Source of the DNA: Craspedostauros australis
Taxonomy: Eukaryota
Reading direction: 5' to 3'
DNA: 26,060 nucleotides
NCBI GenBank assembly: GCA_030167865.1
Contig: JALAGF010000577.1
Coordinates: 62,001 to 88,060, forward strand
Below, one piece after another: positions 1 to 9,987 of this stretch. How positions within the stretch are numbered: position 1 is the first letter of the stretch; each line of letters opens with the position of its first letter. A program made the translations under genes and the position numbers. The notes beneath the pieces were generated by a model. It did no database searches and was not told the DNA's origin. It saw only the letters and a list, made by a program, of their open reading frames with translations.

Positions 1-1
1 C

Positions 2-70
2 ATGGATCCATTGAACGTCATGAATCCAGGCGTCGGCGGCCTCTCATCGAAGTACAAGTACGCCGAGTAA
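2..70 (+). CDS. 3' end of an FAD-linked oxidoreductase, resembling the C-terminus of quinone-dependent D-lactate dehydrogenase (partial, runs in from the left edge)
   Basis: Frame 2 reads MDPLNVMNPGVGGLSSKYKYAE*, with TAA at 68-70. DPxNxMNPG is the terminal motif of VAO/FAD-oxidase family proteins, and the following (V/I)Gx(L/T)S resembles bacterial Dld. Only 22 codons are visible. Confidence 0.55.
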   Translation: MDPLNVMNPGVGGLSSKYKYAE

Positions 71-994
71 GCAACAGCAACAGCAGCTAGCAGAACTGCA
101 CACGATACTCCGCTCGCTACATCCACTCCATCTACTTCACCTAACGCGCCCAATGCGCCAATTGTCTCCTCAATGCGGAGCTTCCATCTCAGCAAAATAA
201 CAATTCATTTTTCATCCATTCATACACGCATCAGTGCAACGTGGAGATGCTCTGCCAGATGTCTTGATGCAGCGGCATAGCTCATATCATAATAGTAGAA
301 TACGTTGTCAACTGTCACAACAGGATGAACTCATTTTCACAAAAAATGATAGCAACTGTAGTTCGTAGTTGCGATTTCCGAAGGACGAGCTGGTCAAAGG
401 GCAAGCGAGCACTCGCAACTGCTCTCCTGGTCGACACAACTTCGCCTCGGCATCACACAGATCGTACTACCCATAGTCATAGTACCATCCTGTAGGAACC
501 ACCATCCTGCGGATCTGTGATGTGCCACAAGAATCACGCTCATCCGATTCCTTTAGTCGTATCTGTAGCTTAGCAAATTGTTAGCATTTCTGTGGCTCGG
601 ATGAGTCACACAATCTTGAATGACTCCTGCGACCACCTGGTGACGAAAAACGGAATGAGCTTTGGTGACGTCTTCTGTCACCAACGAGAACTCTTTCTCT
701 TGGATCTTGGTTCTGGCTGGTTGGACGAAAAAAGAGAAAGAAAGAAAACAATCGATTCAACAGCACACGAAAGCGATTGCGCGAAACTCATCCATCACCG
801 ATGACGATGCGAATCCGCGGAACTCCGCTTGGCGTGGGTTGTGGAATACACGAATACGTACTTGGGAGTCAAGCATCATACATAGTGCGAACGCGGAGAG
901 AAAGAGAGAGCAAGAGAGCGTGCTGGTGCAACTACGCTTACAATTGCACTTTCATCAGGTCTCCAACAAGATCAACAACAACAACAACACAGGC

Positions 995-2557
995 ATGTCG
1001 TTTGGAGGCAACTTTCGCATGCTACCTTCCACAGCCACCATGACGAGGAACGAGGACGAGAATGCTGGGAGCATCGGAAGCACCGACGCCAACAGCAGTG
1101 CCAGCAACGACCGCAGCACGAGAACGACCGCAGGCTTTGGGATCTTTCCCTCCTCTTTGCTGCCAAGTTCCGCCGCAACGGATCCCAGCACATCACAACA
1201 AAGGGCATCGACCAGCCTAACCACGAGCATGACAGCTGGCACAAGTGGCAGCATTGCGGATGAAGGCCATCTGGAGGCCGCCATCCTTTCCGCCTACGAT
1301 CTTCCAACCAGTCGTCAGCCCATTGCGGTGACCATGAACATTGGCAACGTGACTGTTTCCACAGGGCCTCCAGTTGCCAAGCACAAGGATCGCAACTCCT
1401 TTCGCTTCAGCACCGGCAATGTGTCTTCGCCAGCATCGGCAACTGCGTCGTCCAGCATGCGCACTTCGTCAACGGAGAGCGCGAACGATGCCAATACGAA
1501 AAGCCACATTCTGCGCATCGTCAAGCCCTTTCCACAGCTGTACAGATCGACCGCGACGATCCGCCTGGTCTATGACGACCCAGATCTCAACCTGGAAACG
1601 AAGCTCTCGCTCAACGATTTGTGCATTGGTCAAACATCCTGGCAAATTCTCAATTTCATCCAATCGCCATCATCATCGTCATCACCAACACCACTTGCAG
1701 CAGCAGCAGCAACAACAACAACAATAACTGGAAGGACCCCGAATGCTGCAGGTACATCTGCAACTACTCATACTGCGACAGCATCGGCCGCGACAAGATA
1801 TTCCGCTCCATCGGTTGGCGATGACGTCGGCGACAATCCACCACCGACCATACGAATCAAGGTTCATCTGGATGCCCCGTACCGACCCGAAATCGCAGCG
1901 CTCATCGCCATCGCGCAATGGTGGTTCCATCTCGTCGATCGAACAGAGGATTGGATACGCGACGCTGCATCCAAGATACGCGTACCGACATCCTCCAACA
2001 TGATCCTCCTGCCATTGATTCCGCTCATCACGGCCATCGTAGTGGCGTCGCCCATCATGATGGGCACGCTCCTCGTTTTCATGCCCGTCGCATTGCCGTT
2101 CTTCATCATCGCGATCACCTCGATCGTCGCGTCCGGCCTCGTGATGTATTCCAGCACACGCCACGGACGAGAGCATATTGGCGGCACGGTGTTCATACCC
2201 TTCGCCGATTCGTTGCTGTTGTCATCCAAGGCAGGGCAGCGACTGATCTATCAAACTGGACCGCGCCCAACGCCTGTCAGCCTCGTGCGGCACATCCTGC
2301 CGACTGATCCCAACTCCCTGTGGGTGTCGTTGGCGATAGACTTCGTGGGTTCATCGTCGTACCTGTTGCCGGTCGTCGGCGAGCTGTTCGATGTGATTTG
2401 GGCGCCGATCCAATTCATACTGGTGATGGCCATGTACGACTCCGTCCACTCCAACTTGAAGTACGTGAGCCTCGTGGAAGAGCTGATGCCGTTCACAGAT
2501 ATCGTGCCAACGGCGACAATTGGATGGATCATGGAGCACTACGGTGTTCATTCGTAG
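995..2557 (+). CDS. StLDP: Stramenopile-type lipid droplet protein (StLDP)-like, 520 aa
   Basis: First ATG (995) of the 662..2557 ORF, following a CAA-rich leader. A ~50-aa hydrophobic stretch carries an exact P-X9-P-X10-P-X3-P pattern (P-LITAIVVAS-P-IMMGTLLVFM-P-VAL-P, 2021-2098), the motif reported for diatom StLDP. There is a C2-like N-terminal segment (GHLEAAILSAYDLP) and a hydrophobic C-terminal block (IDFVGSSSYLLPVVGELFDVIWAP...EELMPFTDIVPTATIGW). Confidence 0.8.
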   Translation: MSFGGNFRMLPSTATMTRNEDENAGSIGSTDANSSASNDRSTRTTAGFGIFPSSLLPSSAATDPSTSQQRASTSLTTSMTAGTSGSIADEGHLEAAILSAYDLPTSRQPIAVTMNIGNVTVSTGPPVAKHKDRNSFRFSTGNVSSPASATASSSMRTSSTESANDANTKSHILRIVKPFPQLYRSTATIRLVYDDPDLNLETKLSLNDLCIGQTSWQILNFIQSPSSSSSPTPLAAAAATTTTITGRTPNAAGTSATTHTATASAATRYSAPSVGDDVGDNPPPTIRIKVHLDAPYRPEIAALIAIAQWWFHLVDRTEDWIRDAASKIRVPTSSNMILLPLIPLITAIVVASPIMMGTLLVFMPVALPFFIIAITSIVASGLVMYSSTRHGREHIGGTVFIPFADSLLLSSKAGQRLIYQTGPRPTPVSLVRHILPTDPNSLWVSLAIDFVGSSSYLLPVVGELFDVIWAPIQFILVMAMYDSVHSNLKYVSLVEELMPFTDIVPTATIGWIMEHYGVHS

Positions 2558-3329
2558 GCCACCGACGGGTCGAAGATTGAGGAAATGAGGCAAGCCACGA
2601 GACCCGGTCATGGCCGCCGGTCGTTTGCGTTGCGACTCCCTGCGGCATGCGCAGATTTGCCGATACTACCATTCTCCGACACGCAGATGGCGTGAAACCG
2701 AGAAGCGATATCCTCTCTTTCTCCCTCTCTTAGAGAAAGGGAGAGAGAGAGACTTCCAACGTTTCCAGTTTCACTCTTTTCTCCTGGTCCATAATCCTAT
2801 TATAGTATATGAATTCTGGGTACGAGAATGGATTTCATGTCGTACTCGTGCTTCGAGGGTATCACCACAGAATAAACATGAATCCGATCAAGATGGCAGC
2901 AAGCACACCTACCACACTTACAAGCAGTATTCTGCGGGCGGCCTGCATACGACGAGCTATGCGGACGGAAGAGATTGGAAATGTATGTAAGTATGTATAA
3001 TATGTATGTGGAGACGCTATAACATGTATCATAATATGGAGTAGATTGTTCATTCTTCAATCCTCGGGCTTCGATGGTATCCCTCATCGCATGGTCAAGG
3101 CTTGCACCACAGCCCAGTAAGAGACCAACATCTGCCTTCATTGCTGCTACAGGAGCTGGATGCACGAGTATCCATACTCGTTGAATGGTCTCATTCAGAG
3201 CTCTTCGGCGACTTGCTTCATTTGGATGACTTGGGAGACTTCGTCTTGCTCTCCTTTGATGACTTGTCCGATTTGTATGATTTCGCCCCCTTCGTGCTGC
3301 GCATGTAAGATGGTTGGCAGGAAGGGAAG

Positions 3330-3627
3330 GACGACAGCGTGGGCGACAGCATGGACGACGGTGCGGATGACGGCGTGGACGACGGAGCCGATGACGGCGT
3401 GGACGACAGCATGGATGACGGAGCGGATGACGGCGTGGACGACAGCATGGACGACGGCGCGGATGACGGTGTGAATGACGGCGCGGACGACAGCGTGGAT
3501 GGTAGCGCAGATGGCGGCGTGGATGACGGCGCGGACGACAGCGTGGATGACGGTGTGGACGACGGCGCAAATGACAACGTGGATGACGGCGTGGATGACG
3601 GCGCGGATGACGGTGCAGATGACGGCA
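3330..3627 (-). repeat. Coding 12-bp degenerate tandem repeat encoding (S-S-A/T/M-P/L)n, a mucin-like linker
   Basis: Plus strand shows recurring GACGGCGCGGAT/GACAGCGTGGAC-type units, translating on the minus strand as PSSAPSSTPSSTL... Confidence 0.9.
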
Positions 3628-4841
3628 TCTTCGAGTTGCCGTTGCAGAATTCCAGTGAACCCATGAAGTACTCGAAGGAACCATTGTAGAGAGGAGGAGG
3701 ATTATCACCGACAACACCGCTCGCCGTTCCCATAAAGATAGTGAATGGGCAATTGTCGCAATCAAGCCAGTCTGGAGGGATAGGAAAGATGGCGTCCGAA
3801 TATTCATTCCCTGTGCTCGTTCGTGTATCGATGCGGATGGAGATCACGTCGTCGCTTTCGGACACAGCCAAAGGTTGATCGAATGCAATCACATCTGTGA
3901 ATTCACCATTACCTCTGGCCTCGATCGTTCCCGATGCAAGTTCTGTCCAATTCCCGGGTGCATCCCACGTACTTGGGCGGTAGAAGATTGTGAAAGTTTG
4001 GTTCCCCGTCGATGGCAGGACAAGCCTCATGCCTGTGATGTCGACACTGTCCAGAATCTGAATGTCGTGTCGCACTGAAGCGGCCGTGTCGTCATAGAAT
4101 GATCTTGGGAGACCTGCTGTTTTTGCGTCGCGGCAGGTGTCTGTTGGTGCCTGTGTGGGGTCTGCGGATGGCTGGATTGATGACGATGGTGTCGTAGTGG
4201 GGGGAGCAGATCCAGTGGGGGAAGCAGATCCAGTGGGGGAAGTTGACGGCATCATCGAGTTACCGTTGCAGAATTCCAGTGAACCCATGAAGTACTCGAA
4301 GAAATCACTGTAGAGAGGAGGAGGGTCATCACCGACAACACCGCTCGCCATTCCCGCAAAGATAGTAAATGGGCAATCGTCGTAATCAATCCAGTCTGGA
4401 GGGATGGGATTGATGACTTTCGAGAATTCATACCCTGTGCTCGTTAGTGTATCGATGCGGATGGAGATCACGTCGTCGCTTTCGGACACAGCCAAAGGTT
4501 GATCGAATGCAATCACATCTGTGAATTCACCATCACCTCTGGCCTCGATCATTCCCGATGCAAGTTCTCTCCAATTTCCGGGTACATACCACGTACTTGG
4601 GCGGTAGAAGATTGTGAAAGTTTGGTTCCCCATCAATGGCAGGACAAGCCTCATGCCTGTGATGTCGACACTGTCCAGAATCTGAATGTCGTGTCGCACT
4701 GAAGCGGCCGTGTCGTCATAGAATGATCTTGGGAGACCTGCTGTTTTTGCGTCGCGACAAGTGTCTGTTGGTGCCTGTGTGGGGTCTGCGGATGGCTGGA
4801 TTGTTGGCGATGCTGTCGTAGTGGGGGAAGCAGATCCAGTT
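3621..4841. repeat. Intragenic tandem duplication with 624-bp period (208 codons)
   Basis: ~3621-4217 matches ~4245-4841 at a constant offset of 624 (e.g. GAATTCCAGTGAACCCATGAAGTACTCGAAG at 3647 and 4271). The shadow ORFs 3875..4078 and 4499..4702 are near identical. Confidence 0.95.
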
Positions 4842-7234
4842 GGCATCTCGGTGCTCGAATCCCGACAGAATTCGAGGATGCCGGAAAAGAGGGGGAACTC
4901 ATCGCTGAAATTGGGCGGATTGTTTCCAACTTCGAGGCTATCTCGTCCGGCGAATACCTCGAATGGGCAGCCTGGGCACTCGACAATTCCCTCTCGGATC
5001 ACAATCGGATAACCTGTTGAGGAAGCCGGCAATCTGTCGGTCATGTCAATGCGGAAGGATACGATGTCATCCTCCGCGGTCACCACCACAGGCTGATCGA
5101 ATATGAGGGAGGGGGAGAAGCCAGACGAGTCCTTTTCTCCATTTTTTCCTGATGCAATCTGAGTCCAGGGACCATCGGCATCCCAGGTGCTTGGACGGAA
5201 GAACATCGTGTATGGCATGTTGGTGAGTTCAGGAGCCACGGAAACCTTGATGGCGGTGAATTTAGTGAGGTCCAGTATGCGAACATCGAATCTGAATGAC
5301 TCAATGCGCTCATATGAGCGAAGTATCTGGATCCCTGGATAAGTCCACATGCCACAATTCTCGGTTGGGACAGACGAGGGGGTTATACTCGGGACATTCG
5401 ATGGGGCTGATGACAATGATGGTGCCATAGAAACGGATGGTGTCGCGCTTGGTGGTTGGCAGAAATCCAGTTTCACGCTCACCGTCGCACACATGGGTGT
5501 GGCCGACTCATCGTCGATGTTGGATACCGAAACAACGATCCCATCCAGCAAAGACGACTGGGCGTCAATTCTGTATGATGGTTGTGTCGGGTTCAGGATG
5601 GCCTCCAGATGAGAGAATGGGATCCAGTCAAAGACGCTGTCTTGTGTCCTTGTCACGAGGATCTGATCCCTGCCTAGTGGAGAATCGGTGTTGAAGCCTA
5701 TGGCTCTGTTGAAGGCGATGTAGTACTTCAATTCACTCTCAGGATCGTCAATTCGGATGATGACGTCGAAGCTGGTGTCAGCGGGGTCATAATCGACCAC
5801 TCCGCAGAGCCTTCCCTCGAAGTCGACGTCTTGACCTCCGGTGAGCAATGTGGTCTGATCGGAGTACCACCCCGTCAGCCAGCTCTTGGCACCTATGTGT
5901 GGTGGAGGGGCAGGCACATGAGTAATGATATTGAAGGGATAGGTTCGTAGCAGGAGCATGAGGGTGTGAAATGATTTGGCGTGGACGTAAAGAATGAAAC
6001 GATGGAGAAGATAGTGATTGTTGAGGCAGTGTACGTAGAGTGTTGCATCGTATCGTATGTGATGAGGTGACACGACTCCTCCTGGAACGGAATCATTTGG
6101 GCCCTTGCTCTCCGCAAGGCAACGGCGCCGTAGCACTTACCGTTGTACCCTCTCTTATCGGTCAGCGTTTCATTACGAAATGAATTATAAATTGACCTTC
6201 CCATCGCGCCACTGCGGAATAATAGTCGATGTTGGGGTCGGAATCCATTGACCGGAGGACGTCAACAACGAGGAAGAGGATACACGAAGACGGGTTAGAT
6301 GGACTTCGAACGATAAACAGGTTTCCTGCCATGTGATGAGGATCAGAACATGGCAGACGCGTCCAATGTGCTCTCTCTGGAGCTTGATTGTGTGCGTTCT
6401 TGTGTCCGGTCGTCCATCCGTCCACAAAGATTGATGCAGAATGTCACAGATCATGTCCAGTCTCTATCTCTGCTGGCACATTGGCTGCGCTTACCTGGAA
6501 TCTTCGTACAGCACCCCGTTCCGATTGGAAGGGCCAAGCCCGAAGTTGCTACCAAGTCGGCGGACGATGATGGAAGGGTTGGTTGCCCAGTGCGTGCCTG
6601 GATAGTTTCTGATACCGTTGTACACACTGATCTTGTGGTCCAGATGAGCGTACGCTGTGAATCAGTGGTGTGTCGGTTACGTCGATGCGCGCGTTGATAA
6701 CCGGGAGAGTTTGACTCCCACGGAAGAAAGATGGTATTGCACGATGGAGTGAGATGGGTTGGATAGGAGTATGAGCACGGGTAGAGCTCGTCACGATACC
6801 AGTGCGAAATGTTGATATGGAAGATACGAGTTGTGTGGTCCTTGTCGGCACTTACCGACCCAATCAGGTCCTCGGGAGCTACCCAACGAGAATGGGATCA
6901 TGATCAAGAAGAAATCAAAGTCATCATAGATCTTGACCTCCTGCTTCAGATATTGGGAGACGAGATTACTGACTGTTATTGCCTCGAGAGTGGCGGGATC
7001 AACATCAGGTGAAAACTTATATGTCAAAATCCCATCATCTGTCCCATTCGTGGGCATGGTGGAGAGCCTCAGCTTGTCAAAAGACATGGCCGCGAACTGG
7101 TTGGTGAAGTTGGGTTGAGCGCCGAAGATCTCGTCTTTGATGAGGGATTTAGGAACTGTGTAGTTTGTTTGGAAGACGACCTGGATGAAGAGGAACTTCT
7201 TGTCGCCAGAACCACGGACATCAGGAGTGGTCAG

Positions 7235-7460
7235 AGAACGACCATGTCCATGTCCATGCCCATCGCTTTGTTCGCTTGGTTGACGATTCTCGATGTTCAT
7301 GTCATCGACTGTCTTCAAGTCCACGTTGTTTCTGGAGAATGTCATCATCGATGTCACCGACTTCTCCTTGAAGCTGCCGGACTTGAAGACAGTCGATGAC
7401 ATGAACATCGAGCATCATCAATCAAGCGAACAAAGCGATGAACATGGACATGGTCGTTCT
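7235..7460. repeat. Long inverted repeat: arms 7235-7322 and 7379-7460, 56-nt spacer
   Basis: The reverse complement of 7379-7460 matches 7235-7322 with 5 substitutions and one 6-nt indel; the inner ~33 bp are perfect. The ORF track shows MFMSSTVFKS...DLKTVDDMNIE on both strands. Confidence 0.95.
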
Positions 7461-9987
7461 TGGCCCATTCCGGCGTCAGCCCTTCAATGGTCAAATGCAC
7501 AGGCCCATGTTCTTCCTCATCGGAGCCTTGGAGCATGCAAGATAAGTCAGTTGCATCCGTTCCGTCGGCAGCGCCAATGATACGGGCCGAGACGAGGCAT
7601 GGCTCCTGCAGGGTACTGTGTTCGCCCGAGGCAGCGTCATGCGTCTGAATTGAGTTCGATTCAGTTGTTGGTTTTGTGATGAAGGATGTGACACGACGTG
7701 ATGTAATGTGTTGTGATGTATTGCGTAATACAAGGTGCAATACAAGGTGCAGAATCATGGTTGAGTTGAGGATGAGATCACTGAATTGGATGCACGTACG
7801 CGTATGTCTGTGGATGCGGATGCGGCAAGGCAGGAATTCCAGCAAAGAAGGAGCCCCCACACGCCGAGACAACAGTGACAGTTGCCATCTTACTTGTACT
7901 CACCGTCAACTTTGGTGTCGGGGATGCCACTGCCGTAGCGGCAAGCGCCGCAAGCACCACAGCAGCAAGGATTCGTTGGTAGAAGTGAGAATGCATGGCT
8001 TTTTGTCATCAACGAGATGAAGGATTTATGAGATGATTTGGAGTCCGAGGAAGGAAGGGACGAACAGCAACAGGAACTGCTGCCATTCCTTCGCCAGCCG
8101 CCACATTCATTGGCTTTTCGCATGCGGTGAACGCTTCCCTCTTGTGTGGGTGGGCTTTTCGGTCGCCTCTTTTCGCGATTGAGGTTGATGCCAGGTTGGG
8201 GGTGTCTTCATGATCGGTGGTGGAGCACTCGTATCGGCATGGTATCCATGGAGAGGACGAGCAGGTGGATGAGTGGGGGAGCATCTGTCGTAGAATAGTA
8301 GAGTAGCCATGCGTACACCGATGGGTTGCTGCGCATGAGCACGCGCACGACTATGAGTCGCTTGCATGCGCATCACGTGTCATGGTGGGTGGAACTTGTG
8401 GCCGTTCGCTGGAACTTTGTGTGCCGAGGTTCCTCAACTCCATGGATGGTCGTGCGGAGAAGCCACCCAGACAGTTCACTTGGAAAGATCTCACCAACAC
8501 CAATTATTGTGGAAGAACAGAACAACGTTGTCATGTGGATGTCGCTCAAGACGATCCATTTATGGACCAACCTCGTGTCACATGTCGTCAACGGAACTCA
8601 AATTTGTGAGTGGAACTACCCTGAGCGCACTTGAGTGATTGTGACATTGGATTGGTGGCATTTTGCGCCCTTTGGGTCATTGAAGTGACGATCGGATGAC
8701 GCCATCTGCGTTTGGGCGCTTTGCGACAAACCCGAACGTGTCTCGGAATCCCGAGTGTGGGACAAACGGTAAATTACATATATTTTGGATCTCAGTGGGC
8801 ACCAGCAACAAGGAAACGAACATTATAAACTAGCGCAACAAAACTAGACACCACAACATCAGATGTGGTCGGCATTGCGGCACTCTTTGTCGTGTTCGTG
8901 CTCGCGTGCAAATCCAAGAGCAAGTCTTGTCACCGTCGCCGTCAGGAACGAAGCCGGGGCATCAGTTGCGGCGACGCCAGCCAACGAAACAAGGTGTTAT
9001 GTTCAATGCACACATGGACACATAGCAAAGCACCAGAGCATCCCGAATCCCGCTTCATTCCATGTTGCGCTCATGGTCAATGTTGGTTGCTCGCATTCCC
9101 CGCGTCGGGAAAGGGCGAGTGGAAGACAGAATCAAGAGGGGAGAGGCGTCGTGGACGAAAAGAAGAATCTTGGAAGGGCCTATCCCTGTGTTGCAGGAAA
9201 CGGTGTTGCTGATGCCATCCCACCACATTTTCTTGTGTTGTGTCAAGTCCACGAGTGAAGGCATGCATGTGCAACTGTGGCAGAAAGATACGTTCGGTTT
9301 GACCCAAGGCGGCTGTGCGCGAATGGGGACTGGAAGGGAGCGATGTTTGTTCCACTCCAGCCATAATTATTGGATTGGCACGATCCGAATCATGTCGAAA
9401 TCACATCACAAACAAGATTCCGTTGCTGATGTGACATGCCAACAACATGCGGTGGACGAGCCGGTTGGCATCAAATTCGGCCACCCCATCTGTTGGCACC
9501 AGCCACAACAACGCCATGACGACAAATCGAACTTTGTGTGTGTCGCCACCACCTGTCACATGAAGTTTCTTCACAGAGCGCACGAGCAACAGAGACGGTT
9601 CAGACAGAGTGAAGGAACCACAAACACACCAGTCCGAGTTGAGTACTCACACGATCTCTGCGAGACGAGGCACGGGAGGTGTGAAGGCTCCGATCTTCCA
9701 TCCCTGGCCCCACCCAAATCAAAGAAAGCGCACATCCGACCAGCTTCAACGTGGTTGCTTCCGACAAACAGTCATAGTGAGAGCCAGAGCACTTGCGCCC
9801 TCCCTTGTGGGTCATGTGTCGCTGTATCTGTACCTCAGCTGGGAAAAGGGCGACAACATCGGCACCCGCCACTGGTTCGAACACACAGGAGTCACAAACC
9901 AACAAACCAACAAACCATCCGAATCAAGCCAAGCCAAGCCAAGCCAAGCAACACTTACCGATACTAACAACAACATCGCTCAGACGA

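Larger units (their letters stand above)
3218..7996 (-). pseudogene. Secreted M11 (gametolysin)-type metallopeptidase homologue, catalytically dead, with three repeated C-terminal domains, S/P/T linkers and a KxxK tail; frame disrupted in exon 2
   Basis: Manual splice model: exons 7996-7904 (signal peptide MHSHFYQRILAAVVLAALAATAVA), 7644-6856, 6654-6495, 6211-6141 and 5892-3218; donors GTGAGT/GTAAGT/GTAAGC/GTAAGT, acceptors YAG. The spliced translation WVAYAHLDHKISVYN...RRLGSNFGLGPS...YEDSSGAMG...YNGAKSWLTGWY follows the M11 layout, including the Met-turn. Exon 2 is 789 nt but must go from phase 0 to phase 1, so it is frameshifted, giving a TGA at 7354-7356. Confidence 0.7.

Noticed and set aside
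662-994. N-terminal extension of the 631-aa ORF from a TTG start
   Set aside because: Eukaryotic locus; the region looks like promoter/5' UTR and the first in-frame ATG is at 995.
2800-3807. Arg/His/Pro-rich 335-aa ORF and the acidic DDG-repeat ORF 3339..3689
   Set aside because: Alternative-frame and antisense readings of the 12-bp Ser/Pro repeat, which lacks stops in several frames.
5893-6136. First ~80 aa of the 972-aa ORF as real protein
   Set aside because: Lies within the GTAAGT...TAG intron 6140-5893; homology resumes at GAKSWLTGWY.
7235-7460. Inverted repeat as a MITE or a phase-variation switch
   Set aside because: The arms are the gene's own coding sequence, no target-site duplication is evident, and inverting the spacer does not restore the reading frame.
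8000-9970. ORFs in the divergent intergenic region, including 9062..9967 (301 aa), and the (AAGCC)n run near 9925
   Set aside because: No recognisable motifs and non-coding-like composition; the short microsatellite is unremarkable.
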